39,857 nt of DNA, from the NCBI GenBank assembly GCA_001780955.1, contig MFJR01000007.1:212307-252163 (forward strand), written 5' to 3'. The translations under genes were made by a program, and so were the position numbers. The notes beneath the pieces are model-generated. The model was not told where the DNA came from and did no database searches. It saw only the letters and a list, made by a program, of their open reading frames with translations. This document shows positions 9,322 to 23,100 of the stretch, in pieces; positions within the stretch are counted from its first letter, which is position 1, and each line of letters opens with the position of its first letter. The stretch comes from Candidatus Gottesmanbacteria bacterium RIFCSPLOWO2_01_FULL_39_12b. Its GTDB lineage: Bacteria; Patescibacteriota; Microgenomatia; 2-02-FULL-39-11.

Positions 9322-12300
9322 ATGTCCGATTTTGTACACCTTCACTGTCACACTGAGTATTCTCTTCTGGATGGCTTGGCCAAGATTCCGGACTTGCTGC
9401 AAAGAGCCAGAGATCTGGGAATGGATTCCTTGGCCATTACCGATCACGGGGCGATGCACGGGGCGATAAAGTTTTTCCTCAAGGCCCGGGAGGCAGGCAT
9501 AAAGCCAATAATAGGAGTAGAAGCTTATCAGGCGGGAAGAAGCCGGTTTGATAAACAGCAGGGGATAGATCGCGACCAGTTTCATCTGGTGTTATTGGCG
9601 GAAAATAATACCGGTTACCAGAATTTGATGAAGCTTGTTACCCATGCCAATCTGGAAGGATACTACTATAAACCAAGAATCGATCTTCAGGTTCTTCGGG
9701 ATCACAGTGAGGGATTGATCTGTTTATCCGGCTGTTTGAATGGTGAGGTTCCGCACCTACTGATTACTGATCAGGAGGCACAAGCTGAGCGAAAGACCCG
9801 CGAATTTATGGAAATTTTTGGCGAAAACCGTTTTTACCTTGAGATCCAGCAGCACTCAAAAATTATCCAGCAAGTTCAGGCTAATGAGAAAATAATCGCT
9901 TTATCGCGTAAATTAGGTTTGCCGCTTGTAGCAACTAACGATATTCATTATGTGGATAAAGATGATGCTGAAGCGCAAGAGATTCTACTCTGCGTACAAA
10001 CTCAGCGGACGATTCTTGAATCCGGAAGGCCTCTCTCCATGATTGATTCACCGGATTTTTATATGAGAAGTCAGGAAGAAATGAAAGGCTTGTTTATCCA
10101 GTATCCGGAAGCAATTGAGAATACGGTAAAGATAGCAAATCGATGTAATGTTGAGATAGAGCTGGGAAAATGGATTCTTCCCCATTTTGAGGTTCCGCAG
10201 GGAGATACAGCCAATTCTTATCTTAAAAAACTGGCTCATGAGAGACTAAAAAATAGATTTTCTCAGGTCACCCCGAATTTAGGAAACCGTCTCAACTACG
10301 AGCTGGAAATAATTTCGCAAAAAGGTTATTCGACCTATTTTCTGATCGTTTCAGATTTTGTCAATTGGGCAAAAGAAAAGGGAATTGCTGTTGGTCCCGG
10401 TCGTGGATCAGCCGCTGGCAGTCTGGTTGCGTACTCTTTGGGTATCACAGATCTTGATCCGATAAAACATCTTCTTCCTTTTGAAAGATTTTTAAATCCG
10501 GATAGACCTTCACCACCGGATATTGATCTGGATTTTGCCGACGACCGGAGAGATGAGGTAATTGCTTACGTGACCGAAAAATACGGTAACGATAAGGTGG
10601 CTCAAATAATTACTTTTGGGACTATGGAAGCCAGGCAAGCCATTCGGGATGTAGGACGTGCTTTGGGAATGCCTTATGCCCAGCCTGACCGGATTGCCAA
10701 GCTTATTCCAGCTGGAGCACAAGGTTTTCCTATGTCAATTGATAAAGCAATACAGATCACTCCAGAGTTAACTTATGCCTATCAGAATGAACCCGAAACA
10801 AAAAGATTGCTGGATTTAGCCCGTAAACTGGAAGGAGTTGCCCGTCACGCTTCCGTACACGCTGCAGGAATTGTCATCTCAGATAAACCATTAACCGCTT
10901 ATACTCCATTACAAAAAGAAACCAAAGGCCAAAGAATAATTACCCAATATGATATGTATTGCTTGGATCTTAATGCCGCTGACGGTAAAGCGGTAGGACT
11001 TTTGAAGATGGATTTATTAGGACTTCGTAATCTAACAATACTTGAAAATTGCATGAAGTTTGTGCAGCAAAATCGTGATATAAAAATTGATTTACTATCA
11101 CTTTCTCTGGAAGACCACGATGTTTACAATCTTATTTCTTCGGGTGAGACGACGGGAATATTTCAGATGGAATCAGCCGGTATGAGAAGACTCGCCCGGG
11201 ATCTCAAACCATCAAAGTTTACTGATATCTCAGCCATGGTAGCTCTATTTAGACCTGGACCGATGGATTGGATACCTTCTTTTATCGAAGCTAAAGCCAA
11301 TCCGAAAAAAATTAAATACCCGCATCCGGATCTTAAACAAATCTTATCAGAAACTTACGGGATAGCCGTTTATCAGGAGCAATGTATGCAGATTGCGAAC
11401 CAAATGGCAGGTTATTCTATGGTAGAAGCCGATAAACTGAGGATGGCAATCGGTAAGAAAAAACCGGAATACATGAAGAAAGAAAAAGCCAAATTTATAA
11501 GCGGATGTGTGAAAAAAGGATACACAAAAACGGTAGCCGAAAATATTTTTTCCCTGATAGAGAAATTCGTCGGTTACGGTTTTAATAAAGCCCATTCTGC
11601 TTCCTATGCCATGATTGCTTATCAAACGGCTTTCATGAAGGTAAAGTATCCTGTAGAGTTTATGACCGCAGTCTTTATAGCAGAAAGTAGAGGAGTCTCT
11701 GGCCCGGCCAGAGACGACAAGATTTCTCAAGCTATTTTAGAATGCCGAAGGATGGATATATACCTACTTCCGCCTGACATCAATACGTCTGAAATCGAGT
11801 TTACTATCGAGCAGGATAAAACAAGTAAGTGGGGGGGGAAAATTAGATTCGGATTATCGGCCATAAAAAATGTAGGTTCTGCCGCCATCAATGTCTTGCT
11901 TGACGCGAGACTTAAGGAAGGTCCTTTCAAATCATTTACTGACTTTATAAATAGAGTGGACCTGTCAAAAGTTACCCGGAAAACACTTGAGAGTTTAATT
12001 AAAGCAGGCGCTATGGACCGGTTTGGTAAACGAGCGGCTTTGCTTGCTTGTTATTCTCAGATAGTAGAAAAAATTCATAAAGCAAAAGCTAAAAAAAATG
12101 AGGATCAGGTCAGTTTATTTGCTGAGGATGAAGAGATTAACCTAACAGATAATCTTCCTGAAATTGAAGAGTTGTCAAAAGAAGAATTGTTACTCTTCGA
12201 AAAAGAATTATTAGGTTTTTATCTTACCGAACACCCGTTGACTCCTTTACTCCCAACACTTGAAAAAAAGGTAACCCATAGAATTAATACCCTTTCTGAA

Positions 12301-12564
12301 GCGAAATCAACTGTGATTATAGGCGGATTAATTTCCTCGGTAAAAAAAATCTTTACCAAAAACGGAAACAATGAAATGGCCTTTGTCAAATTAGATGATT
12401 TCACAGGGGCGATTGAACTCGTGATATTTCCTTCAGTATTTGAAAGAACGAGATATTTATGGAGGCAAGATGCGGTAATTTTGGTAAAGGGTAATATTAA
12501 TGAGAGAGAAGACAGATTAACGGTCATAGTTGATGACGCCAAAAATTTAATTTCGGACTCTTGA
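9322..12564 (+). CDS. dnaE: DNA polymerase III alpha subunit
   Basis: PHP HLHCHTEYSLLDG, GPGRGSAAGS, PPDIDLDF, KMDLLGL, YGFNKAHS, C-terminal OB-fold; no intein evident. Confidence 0.98.
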   Translation: MSDFVHLHCHTEYSLLDGLAKIPDLLQRARDLGMDSLAITDHGAMHGAIKFFLKAREAGIKPIIGVEAYQAGRSRFDKQQGIDRDQFHLVLLAENNTGYQNLMKLVTHANLEGYYYKPRIDLQVLRDHSEGLICLSGCLNGEVPHLLITDQEAQAERKTREFMEIFGENRFYLEIQQHSKIIQQVQANEKIIALSRKLGLPLVATNDIHYVDKDDAEAQEILLCVQTQRTILESGRPLSMIDSPDFYMRSQEEMKGLFIQYPEAIENTVKIANRCNVEIELGKWILPHFEVPQGDTANSYLKKLAHERLKNRFSQVTPNLGNRLNYELEIISQKGYSTYFLIVSDFVNWAKEKGIAVGPGRGSAAGSLVAYSLGITDLDPIKHLLPFERFLNPDRPSPPDIDLDFADDRRDEVIAYVTEKYGNDKVAQIITFGTMEARQAIRDVGRALGMPYAQPDRIAKLIPAGAQGFPMSIDKAIQITPELTYAYQNEPETKRLLDLARKLEGVARHASVHAAGIVISDKPLTAYTPLQKETKGQRIITQYDMYCLDLNAADGKAVGLLKMDLLGLRNLTILENCMKFVQQNRDIKIDLLSLSLEDHDVYNLISSGETTGIFQMESAGMRRLARDLKPSKFTDISAMVALFRPGPMDWIPSFIEAKANPKKIKYPHPDLKQILSETYGIAVYQEQCMQIANQMAGYSMVEADKLRMAIGKKKPEYMKKEKAKFISGCVKKGYTKTVAENIFSLIEKFVGYGFNKAHSASYAMIAYQTAFMKVKYPVEFMTAVFIAESRGVSGPARDDKISQAILECRRMDIYLLPPDINTSEIEFTIEQDKTSKWGGKIRFGLSAIKNVGSAAINVLLDARLKEGPFKSFTDFINRVDLSKVTRKTLESLIKAGAMDRFGKRAALLACYSQIVEKIHKAKAKKNEDQVSLFAEDEEINLTDNLPEIEELSKEELLLFEKELLGFYLTEHPLTPLLPTLEKKVTHRINTLSEAKSTVIIGGLISSVKKIFTKNGNNEMAFVKLDDFTGAIELVIFPSVFERTRYLWRQDAVILVKGNINEREDRLTVIVDDAKNLISDS

Positions 12565-12589
12565 CTTAATTTAAAGGCTAATTTACAAT
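12561..12589 (+). promoter_or_regulatory. Putative sigma70 promoter of atp operon
   Basis: TTGACT (12561-12566), 17 bp spacer, TACAAT (12584-12589). Confidence 0.7.
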
Positions 12590-12616
12590 GGAAAACAGTT
12601 TTATAATAATTGATAA

Positions 12617-12925
12617 ATGCCGATTAGGAAGCGAATTGCCTTAAGTTTCAAAGAGGGAAGATTAGTTTCAAAAGAGATAAATAAGAATAGCCCTAATGAT
12701 AAGGATAATAGTCGAGAGAAACTAATTAGAGGTGTCGGTTTGGTCAGTGAGTTGGGATTTGTAATCTCTTTTCCTCTAGTTGGAGGGGTTTTTTTAGGGA
12801 TATGGCTGGATAAAAGATTTTCGTCTTCACCTAAAATGACCCTTTCTTTTCTTTTTTTAGGGCTGGTAATCGCTTTCTCTAATTTGTTTTTAATAATAAG
12901 CGAATTTTCTAAAAAAAAGAAGTAA
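12617..12925 (+). CDS. AtpZ/AtpI-family ATP synthase accessory membrane protein
   Basis: Two hydrophobic helices, GGVFLGIWLDKRF motif; first gene of the atp operon. Confidence 0.8.
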   Translation: MPIRKRIALSFKEGRLVSKEINKNSPNDKDNSREKLIRGVGLVSELGFVISFPLVGGVFLGIWLDKRFSSSPKMTLSFLFLGLVIAFSNLFLIISEFSKKKK

Positions 12926-12930
12926 ACAAC

Positions 12931-13692
12931 ATGCCTCAACCACACATCTCTCTTTCTGCTGAAAAAATAGGGTCATTATTTGGAATTCCTATCACAAATT
13001 CAATATTAATGACCTGGATGACAATGTTATTTCTGACAGTTTTTTCTCTAATGGCAGTTGCCAAGATATCTTTGGTTCCTTCCAATATTCAATCAATGGC
13101 TGAGGTTATAATTGATGGATTGTATAATATTTTTAAGAGCGTTGTCGGTGAACATTATATTAAATCTTTTTTTCCTCTTCTGGCAACTATATTTCTTTTT
13201 ATAGCGGTTGCAAATTGGGGAGGGTTGCTTCCCGGGGTTGGTACGATTGGTTTTCATAGGGAGGTAATCACCGAGGTCGTGGAGGCGAAATCAGAATTTA
13301 TACCACTTTTTCGAGGTGCCACAGCGGATCTTAACACCACATTAGCGCTTGCTATTATCGCTGTCTTATCTATTCAGTATTTTGGCGTACGTTCTTTGGG
13401 AGGCGGGTACTTTAAGAAATTTTTTAATTTCTCAGATCCGATCATGTTTGGAGTAGGTCTTCTGGAAATAGTGTCCGAGATATCCAGAGTTATTTCATTT
13501 GCATTTCGTCTTTTTGGTAACATTTTTGCCGGTGAGGTATTGTTAACAGTCATTGCATTTTTGATGCCCCTCATCGCCCCCTTACCATTTTTGGGTCTGG
13601 AACTGTTTGTGGGTTTTATTCAAGCGCTGGTTTTTTCCATGCTAACCGCCGTATTTTTGAATATGGCTACTGTTTCACATGACAGTCACTAA
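12931..13692 (+). CDS. atpB: ATP synthase Fo subunit a
   Basis: TADLNTTLALA, SFAFRLFGNIFAGE, FIQALVF. Confidence 0.97.
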   Translation: MPQPHISLSAEKIGSLFGIPITNSILMTWMTMLFLTVFSLMAVAKISLVPSNIQSMAEVIIDGLYNIFKSVVGEHYIKSFFPLLATIFLFIAVANWGGLLPGVGTIGFHREVITEVVEAKSEFIPLFRGATADLNTTLALAIIAVLSIQYFGVRSLGGGYFKKFFNFSDPIMFGVGLLEIVSEISRVISFAFRLFGNIFAGEVLLTVIAFLMPLIAPLPFLGLELFVGFIQALVFSMLTAVFLNMATVSHDSH

Positions 13693-13709
13693 TTTTTAAA
13701 TTCGATTTC

Positions 13710-13960
<251 letters not shown>

Positions 13961-13963
<3 letters not shown>

Positions 13964-13999
13964 GTAACTTAAGTGCCTTAGGTGACCTAAGTGACATAG
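13961..13999 (+). repeat. Degenerate 9-bp tandem repeat between atpE and atpF
   Basis: TAAGTAACT TAAGTGCCT TAGGTGACC TAAGTGACA TAG. Confidence 0.75.
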
Positions 14000-14009
14000 A
14001 AATTTATAC

Positions 14010-14519
14010 ATGGAAAAATTAGGTATTGAACCATCATTATTGATTACGCAGATTGTGAATTTCACAATCATGATTTTCATTCTCGGAAAACTTTTGTATA
14101 AACCTATACTAAAATCCTTAGAGGACCGGAGGAAAAAAATAGAGGAAGGGCTTTTGTTTACAGAAAAGGCAAAAAAAGAGTTAGAAACAATAGACAAGCG
14201 TCATGAAACGGTACTCAATCAGGCCAGAAAAGAAGCAAAAGCCATTTTAGAAGATGCAAAAAAAGACGGGAGGAAGCTAAAAGAAGAAATGTTGACAGAG
14301 GGAAAAAATGAGGTTAGCCATTTAAAGCAAAAATTGGAAAAGGAGATGAAAAACAGAGAAGAAGAAATTCAAGCTGAAATGACTTCTCATACAGTTGAGA
14401 TTGCTGCCGAAATGGTAAAGAGGCTTATTCCAGAGGTGCTTAAAGATGAAAGCCAACATCAACTGATATTGAAACAGTTAGAGCGAATTGAAAAAACCCA
14501 TGAAAAAAGACAATCATAA
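14010..14519 (+). CDS. atpF: ATP synthase Fo subunit b
   Basis: LGI..LITQIVNF, LYKPI..LEDRR..I, coiled coil. Confidence 0.95.
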   Translation: MEKLGIEPSLLITQIVNFTIMIFILGKLLYKPILKSLEDRRKKIEEGLLFTEKAKKELETIDKRHETVLNQARKEAKAILEDAKKDGRKLKEEMLTEGKNEVSHLKQKLEKEMKNREEEIQAEMTSHTVEIAAEMVKRLIPEVLKDESQHQLILKQLERIEKTHEKRQS

Positions 14520-14841
14520 ACTTCAAGAAGCATTAGATCTGATGAACTTCGATACCACCCATGTTTTTGCTGATGATTTACAGGAATCTATTAAGCTGGC
14601 AGTAGAAAAAGCGAAAGGTGAAAAAGCGGCTATGGTTGAAAGTGCATCCACGTTTATTCCTGCCGAAAAACAAAAACTGGAGAATATTTTAGATACCATC
14701 TTCAAAAGGAGAATAAGTGTCGATTATTTTGTCAAACCTAGTTTGTTGGGCGGATTTCGTGTAACTGTGGGAGATTGGAAATTGGATGGAACTCTGGCTT
14801 GTCAATTAGAAAAAATTCAATCTAAGTTTGGAGTGAAATAA
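14500..14841 (+). CDS. atpH: ATP synthase delta subunit, short form
   Basis: C-terminal delta motifs VESA and VKPSLLGGFRVTVGDWKLDGTL; lies between atpF and atpA. ATG 14500 preferred to TTG 14488. Confidence 0.85.
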   Translation: MKKDNHKLQEALDLMNFDTTHVFADDLQESIKLAVEKAKGEKAAMVESASTFIPAEKQKLENILDTIFKRRISVDYFVKPSLLGGFRVTVGDWKLDGTLACQLEKIQSKFGVK

Positions 14842-14844
14842 TTT

Positions 14845-16356
14845 ATGAGCAGTGGAAGTAAATTAGTTACCAAAATTCTAGAAAAACTGGCGACTTATCA
14901 ACCAAAAATAGAAGAGCAACTGACGGGGAAAATTATCGCAGTTGCCGATGGGGTTGCTAAAGTTTCAGGTTTATATGGAGTTTCATATCTGGAAATGGTT
15001 GAATTCCCGCACGGAGTTTTTGGCGTAGCAATTAATTTGGAAGAAAAACAAGTAGGAGTTATTGTTTTAGGTGACTATTTAAAGCTGCAAGAAGGAGACG
15101 AAGTGAAAAATACCGGAAAACTGTTGTCAATTGCAGTAGGAGAAGAATTAATCGGAAGAGTTATAGATCCGATTGGAAATCCTCTGGACGGTAAAGGAGA
15201 AATCAGATCAAAAAAAAATTATCCTATAGAAAAAGTAGCCCCGGGTGTGATTGCCCGTCAACCGGTAAATACGTCATTGGCAACAGGGATAAAAGCAATT
15301 GACGCTATGATTCCAATCGGTCGGGGACAAAGAGAACTTATAATTGGTGATCGGGGCGTTGGAAAAACTCAAATAGCTTTGGATACGATAATAAACCAAA
15401 AAGAGGAAAAAGTTATTTGTATTTATGTGGCCATCGGTCAAAAAGCCTCAAGGGTGGCTCAAGTAATATCTGAGCTGGAGAAAAATCACGCTTTAAGTCA
15501 CACTATTATAGTAGCAGCAAATGCTTCAGATCCTGCTTCATATCAATATTTGGCTCCATACGCAGGTTGCGCCATCGGTGAATATTTTATGGATTTAGGG
15601 CGTGATGCATTGGTAATATATGATGATTTGTCAAAACACGCTTGGGCTTATCGGCAAATATCTTTAATCTTGAGGCGTCCTTCCGGACGAGAGGCCTATC
15701 CGGGTGATGTATTTTACCTGCACAGTAGACTTCTGGAAAGAGCTTGCAGATTAAATCAGGAGCATGGAGGGGGATCTTTGACTGCTTTGCCTATTATCGA
15801 GACACTGGCTGGAGATCTCTCCTCATATATCCCTACTAACGTAATTTCGATTACCGATGGACAAATTTATTTGGAACCTGACCTATTTTATTCCGGAATG
15901 CGACCGGCAATTTCAGTCGGAGCATCAGTTTCCCGGGTGGGTGGTTCTGCACAGATTAAGGCGATGAAACAAGTCGCCGGAAGGTTGCGTCTTGATTTGG
16001 CCCAATATAGAGAGTTGGCAGCCTTTGCCCAATTTTCCTCAGATTTGGATGCGGCGACTAAAAATCAAATTGAACGAGGGAGCAGAATGACCCAACTGTT
16101 AAAACAGGCAACCTTTAAGCCGATGCAGGTAGAACTACAGATCGCACTTCTTTGGGCAGGAGTTAACGGTTTTTTGGATGATATTGCCACAAATGATATT
16201 ACCCAATTTGAGACTGAATATCTAGAGTATTTACAAACGAGTGAGAGGAAATTGTTAAAATCCATCAAAGAAGAAAAGAAGTTAAGCGAAGATATAGAAA
16301 AAAAACTTAAAAAAGCAGTTGAAGATTTTAAAAAAAGTTGGCAGGTGAAAAAATAA
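14845..16356 (+). CDS. atpA: ATP synthase F1 alpha
   Basis: [37 protein letters not shown]. Confidence 0.98.
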   Translation: MSSGSKLVTKILEKLATYQPKIEEQLTGKIIAVADGVAKVSGLYGVSYLEMVEFPHGVFGVAINLEEKQVGVIVLGDYLKLQEGDEVKNTGKLLSIAVGEELIGRVIDPIGNPLDGKGEIRSKKNYPIEKVAPGVIARQPVNTSLATGIKAIDAMIPIGRGQRELIIGDRGVGKTQIALDTIINQKEEKVICIYVAIGQKASRVAQVISELEKNHALSHTIIVAANASDPASYQYLAPYAGCAIGEYFMDLGRDALVIYDDLSKHAWAYRQISLILRRPSGREAYPGDVFYLHSRLLERACRLNQEHGGGSLTALPIIETLAGDLSSYIPTNVISITDGQIYLEPDLFYSGMRPAISVGASVSRVGGSAQIKAMKQVAGRLRLDLAQYRELAAFAQFSSDLDAATKNQIERGSRMTQLLKQATFKPMQVELQIALLWAGVNGFLDDIATNDITQFETEYLEYLQTSERKLLKSIKEEKKLSEDIEKKLKKAVEDFKKSWQVKK

Positions 16357-16359
16357 TCT

Positions 16360-18628
<2,269 letters not shown>

Positions 18629-18631
18629 ATT

Positions 18632-19051
18632 ATGTCTTCATTTCTTCTCGAGATTATTACACCTGACCGGATTGTATTTACTGATAATGTTGAGATGGTG
18701 GTTGTCCCCTCAAGTTCCGGAACACTTGGTATATTACCAAAACATGTTCCACTCTTTGCCTTACTTTCCGAAGGTGAATTAAAAATTAAAAGACAAGTCG
18801 AAGATTTTTTTTTGTCTATTGGCGGGGGGTTTATCGAAGTCACAAAAAATAAAGTCATGATCTTGGTTACTCGGGCGGTGAAAGCTTCTGAACTGAATGA
18901 ACAGGAAATTATTCAAGCGCGTCAAAAAGCCCAGGATGCTCTCTCGCAGAAGCCAACTGGTGAGGCCTTAATTTCTGCTCAAGTGATTCTTCGTCAATCA
19001 CTGATAGACTTAAAAGTTTTACGACGAAGGAAGAAAATTATAACTCACTGA
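18632..19051 (+). CDS. atpC: ATP synthase F1 epsilon
   Basis: LEIITPD, GTLGILPKHVP, GGGFIEV. Confidence 0.95.
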   Translation: MSSFLLEIITPDRIVFTDNVEMVVVPSSSGTLGILPKHVPLFALLSEGELKIKRQVEDFFLSIGGGFIEVTKNKVMILVTRAVKASELNEQEIIQARQKAQDALSQKPTGEALISAQVILRQSLIDLKVLRRRKKIITH

Positions 19052-20161
19052 ATGAATAAAAAAGGTTATTTGATTTTAGAAAATGGCCAAATTTTTGAGG
19101 GAATATCTGTGGGCGCCGAAAAACAAGTTACCGGCGAAGTAGTTTTTAATACCGGTATGGTTGGTTATCCGGAAGGCTTTACCGATCCCTCTTACTTCGG
19201 ACAGATCCTCACGATGACTTACCCTCTTATAGGTAATTACGGTGTAACAGATAAAAAAACCTGGGAATCGGATAGGCTTCAAATAAGGGGACTAATTGTA
19301 TCATCATATATCGATAATAAATCACACTATACGGCATCTCAGACTCTAAGTGACTGGTTAAAAAAAGAAGGGATTCCTGCTTTGGCCAATATCGATACCC
19401 GAACTCTGACTAAAATTATTCGTGAATTTGGCGTTATGAAAGGCCAAATTACTTTTTCACCCCCGATTAAATCGGGGTTATTTTTTGATGACATTAAAGA
19501 CGATAATTTATTACCCTACGTGTCCTGCAAAAAACCCTCAGTTTATAAAGGTGGAGACTTTCGCATTCTGACTCTAGATTGCGGATTGAAAGAAAACCAA
19601 ATCAGAATTTGGCAAAAATTAAAAGTAACGGTAATCCGAGTTCCTTGGGACTATGACCCATTCAAAAAGGGGTCAGACCTCAAAGTAAATCAAGGTCTGA
19701 CCCCAGTAAAATTTGACGCTGTTTTTATCAGTAACGGACCGGGAGATCCGAAACAAGCCGTGAGAACCATAGAAATTGTCAGAGAGGCGATTAAACGAGA
19801 GTTTCCTTTACTTGGAATATGTTTGGGGAATCAGATTCTGGCTCTTGCGGCTAAAGCAGATACCTTCAAATTGAAATACGGACACCGCGGACAGAATCAA
19901 CCGGTTAAAGATGAAATCAGTGGCCGCTGTTATATTACGACTCAAAACCACGGATTCGCGGTTGATATAAAAACTTTGCCCGAGGGATGGATACCCTGGT
20001 TTACTAATCTTAATGACGATACTAACGAAGGTATAAGGCATAAAAAATTACCGTTTCTTAGCTGTCAGTTTCATCCAGAAGCAACACCTGGGCCGACTGA
20101 TACCGAGTGGATTTTTGAATACTTCCTGACGGAGGCAAAAAAATGGCTAAAAAAACCTTAA
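19052..20161 (+). CDS. carA: Carbamoyl-phosphate synthase small subunit
   Basis: GEVVFNTGMVGYPE, SNGPGDP, GICLGNQ, TTQNHGF, QFHPEATPGP. Confidence 0.97.
   Translation: MNKKGYLILENGQIFEGISVGAEKQVTGEVVFNTGMVGYPEGFTDPSYFGQILTMTYPLIGNYGVTDKKTWESDRLQIRGLIVSSYIDNKSHYTASQTLSDWLKKEGIPALANIDTRTLTKIIREFGVMKGQITFSPPIKSGLFFDDIKDDNLLPYVSCKKPSVYKGGDFRILTLDCGLKENQIRIWQKLKVTVIRVPWDYDPFKKGSDLKVNQGLTPVKFDAVFISNGPGDPKQAVRTIEIVREAIKREFPLLGICLGNQILALAAKADTFKLKYGHRGQNQPVKDEISGRCYITTQNHGFAVDIKTLPEGWIPWFTNLNDDTNEGIRHKKLPFLSCQFHPEATPGPTDTEWIFEYFLTEAKKWLKKP
19669..19704. repeat. 36-bp REP-like hairpin, copy 2 (in carA)
   Basis: GGGGTCAGACCT-N12-AGGTCTGACCCC; 33/36 identical to 7446-7481. Confidence 0.92.
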
Positions 20162-23100
20162 AAGGAAAAAAAGTTCTTATCTTAGGATCCGGTGCCTTGA
20201 AGATAGGTGAGGCCGGAGAATTTGACTATTCAGGGAGCCAGGCGGCAAAAGCTTTAAGAGAAGAAGGTATTGAAACCATTCTTGTTAACCCCAATATTGC
20301 CACAATTCAGACCTCACACGATTTTGTCTCTAAAGTGTATTTTCTGCCGGTAACACCATATTTCGTAGAGAAGATCATCAATAAAGAAAAGCCGGCGGGG
20401 ATCTTACTAGGATTTGGCGGACAAACTGCCTTAAACTGCGGACTGGAATTAGAGAAGCGAGGAATATTTAAAGAATACGGAGTTTCCGTACTGGGGACTC
20501 CGATTTCTTCCATAAATGTTACAGAAGACAGACTTCTCTTCCGTAAAAAAATTGAAAGTTTGAGATTGAAAGTCCCTCACAGCGTTTTGTGTAAGAGTAT
20601 GGGCGACCTTTCTAAGTTAAAAGACAAAATACGCTTTCCAGTCATCGTACGGGCAGGATTTTCTTTGGGTGGTTTGGGATCTGGAGTTGCCTATAATTTC
20701 GAAAAACTGACACAAATAGCCCAAAAAGCTTTAGGTTTGACTCCACAGATACTGATAGAGGAATACCTGGATAAATGGAAAGAAATTGAATATGAAGTGG
20801 TTCGTGATGCCTACGACAACACGATAACAGTCTGCAATATGGAGAATTTTGACCCGATGGGTATACATACCGGGGAATCGATAGTCGTAGCTCCATCCCA
20901 AACCTTAACCAATCACGAATACCATAATTTGCGTGAGATTGCCATAAAAGTTGTTAAATCCCTTCCCGTTGTCGGTGAATGCAATATTCAGTTTGCCTTG
21001 TCTCCTAAAAATGGAGACTACCGAATAATAGAGGTCAATGCCAGACTATCCAGATCATCTGCTTTAGCCTCCAAAGCTACCGGTTACCCTCTGGCTTATA
21101 TTGCTGCAAAACTGGTTTTAGGATATTCTTTAGACGAAATTCCCAATAAAGTAACTTCTGCCACATCTGCATTTTTCGAACCCGCTCTTGATTATGTCGT
21201 CGTGAAAATTCCAAGATGGGATTTTCTTAAATTTAAGGATCATAACGAAATTATCGGAAGTGCGATGCAGAGTGTGGGAGAAGTCATGGGAATCGGGCGG
21301 AGTTTTGAAGAGGCTTTGCAGAAGGCAATACGATCTTTAGATTTGGATTATGAGGGGATAATTTCCGACGATCTCGATCCTGACAAAATAAAAAAAGGAA
21401 AAAAGATTAGATTCAAAAGTATTGACCCAACGCCTAACCGGTTATATAACATCGCCTACAATATTTTTTTCGGCCAAAAAATCTTTGAAATAAGAAGCAG
21501 AACAGGAATAGATTTATGGTTTCTGGAAAGAATAAAACATATAGTGGATTTTTATAAAAGAATGATTAATGAGTCTAAGCAGGCTATTAAGGAAGAGACC
21601 CTGAGGGGTGCTAAAAAACTCGGATTTACCGATACCCAAATCGCCGAAATTTATCACAAAAATTGGGAAGAAATCAGAAACTTGAGAAAAAAATGGAATA
21701 TCCTTCCTAAAATTTGTCAGATAGATACTTTGGGTGGAGAATTTCCGGCAAAAACCAATTATCTCTATCTGTCCTATCATAGGATGGAAAATGACATAAA
21801 ACCAGGCGAGAATAATCAGGTGGCAATACTGGGTGGCGGGCCTTACCAAATTGGTTCCTCTGTCGAATTCGACTGGTGTGCAGTTAATAGTGTATTAACA
21901 GCAAGAAAAATGGGATACAAAACTATTATGATTAACTGTAATCCCGAGACAGTCTCTACTGATTATGATATTTCCGGCAAACTCTATTTTGAAGAGCTGA
22001 CTTTAGAGAGAGTGCTAGATATAGTAGATGTAGAGAATTGTCCACTGATAGTTTCGGTCGGTGGTCAAATCCCCAATAAACTTGCCCCGAAACTGGCAAA
22101 ACAAAACGTTAAATTTTTAAGTAATGATCCCTATATAATTGATAAAGTCGAAAACAGGCAAAAGTTTTCCGCCCTTTTGGACAGATTGAAAGTTAGACAA
22201 CCGCTTTGGAAGAAATTAACCAGTAAAAAAGAAGCATTAAAATTTGCCAATAAAATTAACTATCCTGTTTTAATTAGACCTTCATATGTTCTGTCAGGGA
22301 CGGCGATGTTTGTGGCTTATTCTAAACAGTCATTTACAGCCTACCTTGATCATTCCAGCTCTATTGTAAATCCTGAATTTCCGTTAGTAATTTCCAAATT
22401 CATCAGAGGGGCAAAAGAGGTGGATTTTGACGCCGTCTCACGGAAGGGTAAGATTATAATAGCTGCAATTTCCGAGCACGTAGAGCACGCCGGCGTTCAT
22501 TCAGGGGATGCCACCCTGGTCCTACCCTCGTTTTCTTTAAGTGAAAAATCACACGAAGAAATTAGATCAGTTGCCGAGAAAATCTCAAAGGCGCTAAAGA
22601 TTAACGGACCGTTTAATATACAGTTTCTTATTTATGAGAGATCTCCATTTGATTTGGAGGTGCTGGTGATTGAAGCCAATCTCCGGGCATCACGCAGTTT
22701 TCCGTTTGTTTCTAAAGTTTTAGGGGTGAACTTTATAAAACTGGCAACCGAAATTATGTTAGGGAAAAAAGTTTTACCAATTGATATAAAAACTCCACCT
22801 TATTTTGGTGTGAAAGTCCCGCATTTTTCTTTCACAAGATTGCGACAAGTTGATCCGGTTTTGAGAGTCGAAATGGCTTCTACCGGAGAAGTAGCTTGCT
22901 TCGGAAAAGATTTTTATGAAGCATATTTGAAAGCACTTCTTTCTACCGGAATCAGTTATCCAAAAAAAAGCGCCCTCCTTTCTTTTGGAGGAGATGAAGC
23001 AAAGCAAAGACTTTTACCGGCGGTGCGTATTCTTCATAAAATGGGCTTTAAACTTTATGCGACCAGAAAGACGGGCCTCTATTTACGAAACTACGGGATT

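Noticed and set aside
10265-10274. AGGTCACCCC in dnaE resembles one arm of the 36-bp hairpin
   Set aside because: Partial match with no partner arm.
9322-12564. Intein or intron in dnaE
   Set aside because: Normal length, continuous motifs, no splicing motifs.
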